Of a stretch of DNA of 34,048 nt, positions 18,890 through 27,660 are shown in pieces; positions within the stretch are counted from its first letter, which is position 1, and each line of letters opens with the position of its first letter. The position numbers were made by a program, and so were the translations under genes. Below the pieces are notes generated by a model that worked only from the letters and a program-made list of their open reading frames with translations, was not told the DNA's origin and made no database searches. The DNA comes from Mageeibacillus sp. UBA1193 (GTDB lineage Bacteria > Bacillota > Clostridia > Saccharofermentanales > Saccharofermentanaceae), in NCBI GenBank assembly GCA_002310155.1, contig DBYF01000115.1, positions 11,734-45,781 of the forward strand, given 5' to 3'.

Positions 18890-20374
18890 ATGAAGGAAAA
18901 GAAAAAACTTGTTGCTCTGGCCGGTTTTTTTGCGGCGCTTCTGGTGATCCTTCTGGTCGTCATCATCGTTAAGCATGAAGAGAAAAAACGCCTCGATAGA
19001 GAAGCGGAAAGTCAGATGTCTGTTATTGCTTCACGTGAAGACCTGAAGTCTCTTTCACTTGACAGTTCAGATGGTGAGAAGACGGTATTCTACTTCAATG
19101 ATTCACATAATGTGTCGAAGATCACACGTAATGGCAATGATTTCGAAGCAGATATGCTGAATATCGGAACAGTAAACAACTGGATCGATTCGATCCTGGT
19201 CTTTTCGATAGAGAAGAGCTTTGATACCCCTGCAGAAGGTGTATCGGCCTATGGCCTTACTTCTCCGGCATATACGATCGCGATGGAAAAAACTGACGGC
19301 ACTCAGGTTCTGGCTTATGTCGGAGATCTGGTTTCTGACCAGAATGGTGTCTACGTTATGATAAACGGAGAGAACAAGGTCCAAGTCGCGCCGTATTCAT
19401 TCTATAAGTTCCTTAATACGAATTTCGAGAACTTCCTGAACCGTTTCGTGCTGTCCCTGCAGCGCTCCGAGGTAGATGAGATCAGCTTTGAGAGAACCTC
19501 GACGAAAGACCGCTGGGTAGCTGTACCTCTTGCGGATTATGATAATGGTATCTTTATCGAGCCCCGCTACAAGGTAACTTATCCGATGCAGCGTGAGCCG
19601 AATGATGCGATGTACAATCTTCTTGCGATGATCCTGGATCTTGAGGTCTCACAATATGTTCCGATCGCTGAGGAAGATATGGCAGCCTATGGTCTTGCGG
19701 ATCCGGAATATAAGATCACGATCCGTCTTCAGACCGGCGAAGAGATCAAGATCGCTCTTTCGATGGAACTTGGCGGTTATTACTATGGTACATGTTCCAA
19801 TAACCCGTATACTTTCCGCATCGATCCGTCATTCCTTCCGGGTTTGAATAAAACATCCTTTGAACTGATCGATTCTTGCGTGATCCATGGTTATCTTGAT
19901 GATATTTCCACTGTTCAGGCTACGATCAAAGACAAATCGTTTATGCTTGAGTGCCGGTTGAATCAGGATCTGGACTTCTTAGCCGATGATTCGATGTTCC
20001 AGCTTGATAAACGAAACGCGAAGATCTATTCTTCAAGCGGCGACTGCTATGGACTTCTTTTGTTCGAATCGATCTTCAATATGCCGGTTTCACGTGTTGA
20101 TTACGATGTTAAACCTGAGCTGAAGAATGTTGAGGCTTCATTCGTGATCGCGAAGCATAGTGGAGAGGTCCTGGATCTGAAACTTGTCCCGGCTGGTGAT
20201 AATGAGTATTACTGCTTTATCAATGACTACTATAGTGGATTTATAGTAGACAGAAGCGTATTATATAAAGATAATGGTCATGATCTGTCCGGATTTGGTG
20301 TCTGGGATGCTTACTGTCTTTTGACGGAAGCGATCGACAACAAGAATGGAAACGACGTCTACGACCGTCCATAA
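18890..20374 (+). CDS. N-terminally anchored extracytoplasmic protein, DUF4340-like (commonly follows GldG-like genes)
   Basis: 494 aa. Single N-terminal TM (LVALAGFFAALLVILLVVIIV). Recurring YGL(T/A)(S/D)P(A/E)Y motifs (AYGLTSPAYTI, AYGLADPEYKI). SD AAGGAG. Confidence 0.55.
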   Translation: MKEKKKLVALAGFFAALLVILLVVIIVKHEEKKRLDREAESQMSVIASREDLKSLSLDSSDGEKTVFYFNDSHNVSKITRNGNDFEADMLNIGTVNNWIDSILVFSIEKSFDTPAEGVSAYGLTSPAYTIAMEKTDGTQVLAYVGDLVSDQNGVYVMINGENKVQVAPYSFYKFLNTNFENFLNRFVLSLQRSEVDEISFERTSTKDRWVAVPLADYDNGIFIEPRYKVTYPMQREPNDAMYNLLAMILDLEVSQYVPIAEEDMAAYGLADPEYKITIRLQTGEEIKIALSMELGGYYYGTCSNNPYTFRIDPSFLPGLNKTSFELIDSCVIHGYLDDISTVQATIKDKSFMLECRLNQDLDFLADDSMFQLDKRNAKIYSSSGDCYGLLLFESIFNMPVSRVDYDVKPELKNVEASFVIAKHSGEVLDLKLVPAGDNEYYCFINDYYSGFIVDRSVLYKDNGHDLSGFGVWDAYCLLTEAIDNKNGNDVYDRP

Positions 20375-20387
20375 GAGAGAACTGGAA

Positions 20388-21569
20388 ATGCCTGCAAAAG
20401 CAAAGAAAACTGAATCAAAACCTCAGCAGAAACGAACGAAGTTTACCCATAGGTATGCGACGCCGATCCTGGTCGTTTTGTGCATCATTCTTGCGGTCGT
20501 TTCGATCATCCTCGTTTATATGATCCGTAATCATGTGGCGGCGACTGATGGGGCAAAAGAACAGCTTCGACTGTCTGCTATCGCCGGTTTTGACTGTGAA
20601 TATACAGAAGCTCAGCAGATCTATCCGTTCCAGAACGGCCTTCTCAAGGTATCCAATAAGCGTGTTGCTTATCTGTCTATATCAGGAAATGAGATCTTCA
20701 GTGAAGATCTGGAAATGAGCAGCCCTGTATGCATCAAGTGTGGTTCCTATGCTATGGTGGCGGATACAGAAGGCTTCCTCTGCGCGCTTTTCTCTGAACA
20801 GGGAATGATCTATAAGACCCATATGACGGGAAAGATCGGAAATGTCGCTCTTGCGACATCCGGACTTTCCGCAGTGATCATCGAAGATGGTGATTCCTTC
20901 GGATGTGTATACATGATGGAGAAGGATGGTTCGTTCCTGGCAAAATGGTCTTCATATGAGTCCGGTTATCCGATCTCCCTGGCATTTGCGCCGGATGAAA
21001 GTACTCTTTCCGTATCTCTGGTCGATACAGATGGTTCCCAGATGATCCCGCACGTCAAGCAGTTCTCGATCCCTCAGGACCGCACGAATGCCCGTCCGAC
21101 AGAGAATGCTTTCTATTCTCCGCTTGTGACGGATATCATGCCGCTTCTGGCTTACATGAGCAATGACCGTGTGGCAGTCGCGGGAATCAGTGATGTCGCG
21201 ATTATCGGAAACGGGAAATGTGATACGGTTACGCCTGCATTCCCGTGTGTTACAAGTGTTGTTTCTTTTGACGGCGGATACGGAGTCATCTACTCTGACG
21301 GTATCGATAAACCTCTGAGACTTGCGACTTTTAATGAAAATGGCAGCAAGATCGGTGAAGTTTCACTCGGAAACGAAGTCCTTGGTATGGATGTTTCCGG
21401 CTCTTCCGCACTCTTTGCTGTTGATGAGAAGATCATGCTGGTAGATATGTCGAGAGCAAAGGCTACATCAACGATCAATGTTGATGAACCTGTACTCCGC
21501 GTTTCTTTCTTCGGATCGAAAAATATCTGCGTAGTTACAAATGCCGGTGTTCGTGAGATCACTATCTAA
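20388..21569 (+). CDS. N-terminally anchored extracytoplasmic protein with a repetitive beta-strand (propeller-like) pattern
   Basis: Lys-rich N-terminus and one TM (PILVVLCIILAVVSIILVYMI), then about 330 aa of short alternating beta-strand/turn repeats. The start is ambiguous: ATG 20346 overlaps the upstream gene and ATG 20388 does not. Confidence 0.6.
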   Translation: MPAKAKKTESKPQQKRTKFTHRYATPILVVLCIILAVVSIILVYMIRNHVAATDGAKEQLRLSAIAGFDCEYTEAQQIYPFQNGLLKVSNKRVAYLSISGNEIFSEDLEMSSPVCIKCGSYAMVADTEGFLCALFSEQGMIYKTHMTGKIGNVALATSGLSAVIIEDGDSFGCVYMMEKDGSFLAKWSSYESGYPISLAFAPDESTLSVSLVDTDGSQMIPHVKQFSIPQDRTNARPTENAFYSPLVTDIMPLLAYMSNDRVAVAGISDVAIIGNGKCDTVTPAFPCVTSVVSFDGGYGVIYSDGIDKPLRLATFNENGSKIGEVSLGNEVLGMDVSGSSALFAVDEKIMLVDMSRAKATSTINVDEPVLRVSFFGSKNICVVTNAGVREITI

Positions 21570-21584
21570 TCCTGCGGAGGCGGT

Positions 21585-22262
21585 ATGGAAACAGAGTTAA
21601 AGCTTTCATTTCCGGATCGGGAATCCTTATATGCTGTTTGTGATTCGCCCTGGTTCCTTCATGCCGTAGAGATCCTGGGAGAGAAGACCGAAGAGTACGA
21701 AAACTCCTATCTTGATACGAGGGACCGCGCTCTTGAAGGTACCGGAAATTCCCTTCGTATCAGACATATTGTCGGTTCTGACTATATCCACACAGTGAAA
21801 GCTTCCCGTGTTTCTCTTTCCGGGGAAACGGATTCCGCGGTAAAGAGCGGCCTGACATCCAGATGTGAATGGAATGTCAGTACGAAACGGCCGGATTTTG
21901 ATATTGATTTCTTTCTTCACGAAGCTAAAGAAGCAGAAGATCCTTATGAGATCCTGGCTTCCATTCTTGTTCCGCTCTCCGGCTCTAAACTTGTTGCTAT
22001 CTGTAAGACGGAGTTTACCCGACAAACGATCACGGCAATGTACGAAGGCAGTAAAGTGGAGATCTGTCTGGATACCGGTAAGTGTATCGCGCTTGACAGA
22101 TCCCTTCCGATCTGTGAAATGGAGATCGAACTGATATCCGGAGATGTTTCTGCGGTCTCAAAGCTTGGTGTTCTCGTCAAAGAACATACAGAGTGCCAGC
22201 CACTGGCGGTTTCAAAACTGGGCAGATGTTTGAGCCTTCTGAAGGAGAAGGACAATGACTAA
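21585..22262 (+). CDS. CYTH domain protein (triphosphate tunnel metalloenzyme family)
   Basis: ExExK signature at the extreme N-terminus (METELKL), later acidic strands (CEMEIELISGD). SD GGAGG. Confidence 0.8.
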   Translation: METELKLSFPDRESLYAVCDSPWFLHAVEILGEKTEEYENSYLDTRDRALEGTGNSLRIRHIVGSDYIHTVKASRVSLSGETDSAVKSGLTSRCEWNVSTKRPDFDIDFFLHEAKEAEDPYEILASILVPLSGSKLVAICKTEFTRQTITAMYEGSKVEICLDTGKCIALDRSLPICEMEIELISGDVSAVSKLGVLVKEHTECQPLAVSKLGRCLSLLKEKDND

Positions 22263-23550
22263 CGTGGATCAGAGAAAACTTGATCTTCTGGTGATCGGTG
22301 CCGGCGCATCCGGTATGGCCGCGGCCATTTCCTTTCAGCAGACTCTGACAGCTCAGGGAAAAGATCCTGCTGATGTACTCATCCTCGAGAAGAATGAACG
22401 CGTCGGTAAGAAAGTCCTGACGACAGGAAACGGACGGTGTAATCTTTCTAACAAGGATATGTCTCTTTCTCATTTTCATAGCCATAACACGAGTTTCGCG
22501 GGACAGGTTTTTTCCAGTGTTTCTCCGCTGGACTGCCTCGCTTTTCTTGAAGAGATCGGCATCGTGACAACGGCAGAGGGAGATAAGCTTTTTCCGATGA
22601 GTAAGACAGCGGCCTCTGTCGTGGATGCCTTCCGTTTCCAGCTCGAAGATCTGAAGATCGAAGTGGCTGAAAACGCTGTAGTTACAGAGATCGTAAAAGA
22701 TCAGGATCTTATTGTGCGATGCGAGGATGGAAGATCTTTCACATCGGAGAAAGTGATCATCGCGACCGGCGGAGCCTGTGCAGCCTATACAGGATCGACC
22801 GGCGACGGATATAAATGGCTCCATGAACTCGGGCACAAGGTCTATGCTCCGAAGCCTTCGATCGTTCAGCTTCTTACAGATAATTCCGTGACAAAAGCAC
22901 TTTCCGGCCTCAGGCTGGATGCAGAAGTTTCCCTGATCTGCGATGGGCATGTGATCGCTTCACAGTATGGGGAAGTGCTTTTCACGGATTATGGACTATC
23001 CGGACCTGCGATACTTCAGGTATCGGGAGAGGTATCCAGACGCATGAAGAAAGATCAGCTTACAGTTCCAATGAGTGTTTCCCTGCGCCTTTTCGATGAA
23101 GATACACTGACTTGCATCAGGGGAGAGCTTGAAACCCGTAGGAAGAGTTTCTCGTCCCGTCCGATCGATCAGATCCTTCTGTCGGTATTACCGCAGAAGA
23201 TCGCATTACAGCTTCTGAAATCCTCGCTGGAGCGCCCGATGGCACTTCCGGTCTCCGCGCTGTCTGATGGGGATATAGGAAAGATCCTGAATACGATGAG
23301 GGCATGGAATTTCCAGGTGCTCGGTACTCGTTCACTTGAGTTTGCCCAGACTACGATCGGTGGAGCGGACTGTGACGGCTTCTCGCCGGAGACGATGGAA
23401 TCCTCTATTGTTCCGGGTCTTTTCGCCTGTGGCGAGGTCCTGGATGTGGATGGCGACTGTGGCGGATATAACCTGACATGGGCTTTTGCATCCGGAATCC
23501 TGGCCGGACGCTCGGCGGCAGAACAGTTCCTTAATGGCGCGGAGGCATGA
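22255..23550 (+). CDS. HI0933/BaiN-like NAD(P)/FAD-dependent flavoprotein
   Basis: DLLVIGAGASGMAAA dinucleotide fold, the family-typical TGNGRCNLSN, and C-terminal GGYNLTWAFASGILAG. Overlaps the CYTH gene by 8 nt. Confidence 0.85.
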   Translation: MTNVDQRKLDLLVIGAGASGMAAAISFQQTLTAQGKDPADVLILEKNERVGKKVLTTGNGRCNLSNKDMSLSHFHSHNTSFAGQVFSSVSPLDCLAFLEEIGIVTTAEGDKLFPMSKTAASVVDAFRFQLEDLKIEVAENAVVTEIVKDQDLIVRCEDGRSFTSEKVIIATGGACAAYTGSTGDGYKWLHELGHKVYAPKPSIVQLLTDNSVTKALSGLRLDAEVSLICDGHVIASQYGEVLFTDYGLSGPAILQVSGEVSRRMKKDQLTVPMSVSLRLFDEDTLTCIRGELETRRKSFSSRPIDQILLSVLPQKIALQLLKSSLERPMALPVSALSDGDIGKILNTMRAWNFQVLGTRSLEFAQTTIGGADCDGFSPETMESSIVPGLFACGEVLDVDGDCGGYNLTWAFASGILAGRSAAEQFLNGAEA

Positions 23551-23551
23551 T

Positions 23552-25159
23552 ATGGAAACCGATATCCGCCTCGCGATCCCGCTCGCTGTGTATGAGAGAT
23601 TTCCCAAGATCCAGTCCCCCTATACGGATGACCGGGATGTCCGCGCTTACTTTGAAAAGAAGGCTCATAAGAAGCTCCCGAAATACTGCCGTTTTCTGAA
23701 GAAATCCATCGATGCCAGGCATAAGAATGATATCCGTGTGGTGGTCCAGGCAAGGTTTCAGGATACTGATTTCCGAAAAGCAATGGAAGAGCCCGTTCTT
23801 ACGGATCATAAGATAGATAATGGAAAAGATAAGAAGCGTGTTGTCGTCTGCGGAAGCGGCCCGGCAGGACTTTTCGCCGCAGCTACCCTTGTTGAAGCGG
23901 GTCTGTCTCCGATCCTTCTGGAACGGGGAAGAGATGTGGATACCAGAACTGAGGATGTGAAACATCTGAAAGAGGATGGAATTCTCGATATCTGTTCCAA
24001 TGTCCAGTTTGGCGAAGGCGGGGCCGGTACATTCTCTGATGGTAAGCTTTTCAGCGGTGTTTCTGACCCGAGACGCGATCTTGTGCTCTCCACATTTGTG
24101 AAGTACGGGGCTCCGAAATCGATCCTCTATGAATCGCATCCGCATATCGGAACGGATTATCTTAGAAAGGTCATTCGCAATATGCGGCAGGATCTCGCTG
24201 AACGCGGGGCACAAGTGCTTTTCGAGCGGAAACTCAGTGATATTTGTGTTTCGGATGAAAAACTGAAATCAGTCACGCATGTGTCTTCTTATAGTGGTCA
24301 GGATGCGGTCGAGATTCCCTGTGATGCGCTTGTTCTGGCGATAGGACACAGTGCGAGAGATACATTCTATATGCTGTCCGAAAGAGGTGTAAAGCTGGAA
24401 CAGAAGCCGTTTGCCGTGGGTGTCCGTATCGAGCATCTGCAGAGTGAGATCGATAGATCCCAGTTTGGTGAGTGCTTCGAAAGTGAGATACTGCATCCGG
24501 CAAACTACAAGGTCGTTACCGCAACCTCAACGGGAAGGAAACTCTATTCTTTCTGTATGTGCCCTGGTGGCGAGGTCGTCTGCGGATCATCGGAAGAGAA
24601 CGGTGTGGTAACAAATGGTATGAGCGAATACGCGAGAGCCCGTGAAAATGCTAATTCCGCTATGCTGGTAGGTGTGGATGAGAAGGACTTCGGCAGCACG
24701 GATTGGGATGCCGGTATACGTTTCCAGCAGGCTCTGGAGAAACTTGCATATGAGAAGGGAAAAGGCGGTTACTCTGCGCCGGCGCAGCGTGTCTCGGATT
24801 TCCATGCGCACAGGAAGACCACAGAGTGGGGAAAGGTAAGACCGTCTTATCTTCCCGGAGTCACGATGAGTGATCTATGGGAGGTCCTCCCGGAAGAGGT
24901 CGCCAGGACTCTGGATGAGGGCCTGACACTTCTGGATAGAAAGATAAATGGTTTTGATGATCCTGACGCGGTCATTACTGCAGTCGAGACAAGAAGTTCC
25001 TCACCTGTACGTATCAGAAGAGATGAGAATGGCGAGAATCTCTCGGTCTCAGGTATCTATCCGACCGGTGAAGGCGCCGGATACGCGGGTGGGATCATGA
25101 GCTCGGCCATCGATGGGATCCGACAGGCGGAAGTGCTTTTGGATAAGCTATTTTCCTGA
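23552..25159 (+). CDS. FAD-dependent oxidoreductase (COG2509-like uncharacterised dehydrogenase)
   Basis: VVVCGSGPAGLFAA, FGEGGAGTFSDGKL, C-terminal GEGAGYAGGIMSSAIDG. ATG 23552 lies 6 nt after GGAGG and 1 nt after the upstream stop. Confidence 0.8.
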   Translation: METDIRLAIPLAVYERFPKIQSPYTDDRDVRAYFEKKAHKKLPKYCRFLKKSIDARHKNDIRVVVQARFQDTDFRKAMEEPVLTDHKIDNGKDKKRVVVCGSGPAGLFAAATLVEAGLSPILLERGRDVDTRTEDVKHLKEDGILDICSNVQFGEGGAGTFSDGKLFSGVSDPRRDLVLSTFVKYGAPKSILYESHPHIGTDYLRKVIRNMRQDLAERGAQVLFERKLSDICVSDEKLKSVTHVSSYSGQDAVEIPCDALVLAIGHSARDTFYMLSERGVKLEQKPFAVGVRIEHLQSEIDRSQFGECFESEILHPANYKVVTATSTGRKLYSFCMCPGGEVVCGSSEENGVVTNGMSEYARARENANSAMLVGVDEKDFGSTDWDAGIRFQQALEKLAYEKGKGGYSAPAQRVSDFHAHRKTTEWGKVRPSYLPGVTMSDLWEVLPEEVARTLDEGLTLLDRKINGFDDPDAVITAVETRSSSPVRIRRDENGENLSVSGIYPTGEGAGYAGGIMSSAIDGIRQAEVLLDKLFS

Positions 25160-25208
25160 GTATATGGTAAAATAGGTGTGTCAATCTCGGAGATAAGGAC
25201 ACGATGCT

Positions 25209-25943
25209 ATGGAAGTTACGATTTTAGGCTGCAGCGGCGGTTATCCAGGCCCCGGTCAGGCAGCATCCGGTTACCTGTTGACGATAAACGATAAGAAAGT
25301 GCTGATCGATTGCGGAAGCGGTGTCTTCTCCAATCTTCAGCTTCATGTGCCGCTTAACGGCCTCGACGCTATTCTCATTTCCCATCTTCACGCTGACCAT
25401 TACAGTGATCTGATGGTAATGCGCTATGCGATCGATATGAATACTAAGCATGGCATGGAATTCAGAAATGTACCGATCTTTGCGCCGAAGACACCGGAAG
25501 GTGTGATCCATTCGCTTACGAATGACTGGGGATATAAGATCGGATACATCGGTCATGAGTCTGAGCTCCCGCTGTTTGGTGCGAAAGCGAAGTTCTTCCG
25601 TACGAACCATCCGGTCGAGTGCTACGGTATCCGTGTCGAACACGAAGGTAAGGTGTTCGTTTATACAGCAGATGCGTCCGTTGATTCACTCTTTGCGGGT
25701 TATCTGGATGACGCTGATCTGGCTATTATGGACTGTGGTGAGATCGAGGCGGCAAGACGCCCGAACATGCTCCATCTTACTCCGAAGGAGTGCTATTCCT
25801 GTGCGAAAGCACTTCGTATCAAGAAGACCATCCTCTCGCATCTGGTTCCGTTCTATGACAGAGAAGACGTGGAACTTGAGGCAAGAGCCTGTGGTGACTG
25901 GGACTTCGAACTTGCCCAGATCAATAAGACATATCGCATATAA
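25209..25943 (+). CDS. MBL-fold metallo-hydrolase
   Basis: HxHxDH motif (SHLHADHYSD), N-terminal LGCSGGYPG...LIDCGSG, later TNHP and SHL. Confidence 0.85.
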   Translation: MEVTILGCSGGYPGPGQAASGYLLTINDKKVLIDCGSGVFSNLQLHVPLNGLDAILISHLHADHYSDLMVMRYAIDMNTKHGMEFRNVPIFAPKTPEGVIHSLTNDWGYKIGYIGHESELPLFGAKAKFFRTNHPVECYGIRVEHEGKVFVYTADASVDSLFAGYLDDADLAIMDCGEIEAARRPNMLHLTPKECYSCAKALRIKKTILSHLVPFYDREDVELEARACGDWDFELAQINKTYRI

Positions 25944-25963
25944 AACGAAAAGGAGAAACATAT

Positions 25964-26254
25964 ATGAGTACAGAAAAAGATAAGAATAAGGCAGTGATCA
26001 CAGTTGTCGGTTGCGACGCGGTAGGTATTATCGCGAAGATCTCGGCACTTCTTGCAGAAGAGGGCGTAAACATTAACGACATTACACAGACGATCCTGGA
26101 TGATATCTTCACCATGATCATGCTCGTTGACCTGAAAGCCGCTAAGTCCGATATGAAAGCACTGTCAGACAAGCTGGATAAAGTCGGTGAGGAGATCGGT
26201 GTATCCATCCGCATCCAGCACACAGACCTTTTCTATGCGATGCACCGTATTTAA
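25964..26254 (+). CDS. ACT domain protein (UPF0237-type)
   Basis: AVITVVGCDAVGIIAKISALLAEEGVNINDITQTILDDIFTMIMLVD. SD AAGGAG. Confidence 0.8.
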   Translation: MSTEKDKNKAVITVVGCDAVGIIAKISALLAEEGVNINDITQTILDDIFTMIMLVDLKAAKSDMKALSDKLDKVGEEIGVSIRIQHTDLFYAMHRI

Positions 26255-26282
26255 TCTTGGAAGATAAGCAGGTAGTTGATAT

Positions 26283-27641
26283 ATGATCACAGATTTTGAA
26301 GTATTAGAGACTGTCCGGATGTTCCAGGAACAGCATCTGGATGTTAGAACGATCACCATGGGTATCAGTCTGATGGACTGCGCGGCGGATACGCCGGAGA
26401 AGTCCTGCCAGAAGATCTATGATAAGATCACGCGTTATGCGAAGGACCTTGTAAAGGTCGGTGAAGAGATCACAGAGAAGTACAGAGTACCGATCGTAAA
26501 CAAGCGTATCTCCGTTACTCCGATCTCTATCGTAGCCGCGGCTTCCGGTGCCAAGGATTATACGATGTTTGCCAAGACTCTTGACCGTGCGGCCAAAGAG
26601 TGCGGCGTTAACTTTATCGGCGGTTTCTCCGCTATGGTCCAGAAGGGATATACGATTTCCGACAAACGCCTGATCGATTCGATCCCAGAGGCTCTCTCGG
26701 TTACAGATAATGTTTGTTCTTCGATCAACCTCGCGTCTACACGATCCGGCATCAATATGGATGCGGTCCGTGATATGGGTGAGATCATTAAGAAGACAGC
26801 GGAAGCCACTAAAGACAGAGACGCTCTCGGCTGCGCGAAACTCGTTGTGTTTGCCAATGCTCCGGAAGATAATCCGTTCATGGCCGGTGCTTTCTTAGGC
26901 CCAGGTGAGCCTGAGTGTGTTATCAACGTAGGTATTTCCGGTCCTGGCGTTATCAAGGCGGCTCTCGAGACAGTGAAGGGAGAAGACCTCGGCGTTGTTG
27001 CTGAGACGATCAAGAAGGCTGCATTTAAGATCACCCGTGTAGGTGAACTGGTAGCTCGTGAAGCTTCCCAGAGACTGAATGTTCCGTTCGGTATTATCGA
27101 CCTGTCTCTTGCTCCGACACCGGCAGTCGGTGACTCGGTCGGCCGTATCCTTGAAGAGTTCGGTCTCGAGCACTGTGGTGCATGGGGAACGACAGCAGCA
27201 TTGGCGATGCTCAATGACGCCGTAAAGAAGGGCGGAACCATGGCAAGCTCATTCGTCGGCGGTCTTTCCGGTGCATTTATCCCGGTATCTGAGGATGAAG
27301 GAATGATCGAAGTTGCAGAGAAGGGCTTCCTGCGTCTTGAAAAGCTCGAAGCGATGACATGCGTATGCTCCGTTGGCCTTGATATGATCGCGATCCCGGG
27401 TGATACTCCGGCATCTACGATCTCCGGTATCATTGCTGATGAGATGGCTCTCGGTACATTTAATAACAAGACCACGGCAGTCCGTGTTATCCCGGTTCCA
27501 GGTAAGAAAGTTGGCGATCAGGTCGAGTTTGGAGGACTCCTCGGATACGCTCCGATCATGGAAGTGAATACGGCTTCCTCAGAAGCGTTTATCTCCCGTG
27601 GCGGACGTATTCCTGCTCCGATCCACAGCATGAGAAACTGA
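26283..27641 (+). CDS. UPF0210/PFL-family protein (DUF711-like), the usual partner of the UPF0237 ACT protein
   Basis: 452 aa. The N-terminus [27 protein letters not shown] is typical of UPF0210 proteins. Confidence 0.8.
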   Translation: MITDFEVLETVRMFQEQHLDVRTITMGISLMDCAADTPEKSCQKIYDKITRYAKDLVKVGEEITEKYRVPIVNKRISVTPISIVAAASGAKDYTMFAKTLDRAAKECGVNFIGGFSAMVQKGYTISDKRLIDSIPEALSVTDNVCSSINLASTRSGINMDAVRDMGEIIKKTAEATKDRDALGCAKLVVFANAPEDNPFMAGAFLGPGEPECVINVGISGPGVIKAALETVKGEDLGVVAETIKKAAFKITRVGELVAREASQRLNVPFGIIDLSLAPTPAVGDSVGRILEEFGLEHCGAWGTTAALAMLNDAVKKGGTMASSFVGGLSGAFIPVSEDEGMIEVAEKGFLRLEKLEAMTCVCSVGLDMIAIPGDTPASTISGIIADEMALGTFNNKTTAVRVIPVPGKKVGDQVEFGGLLGYAPIMEVNTASSEAFISRGGRIPAPIHSMRN

Positions 27642-27660
27642 CATTTACTTTATTTCTGAA

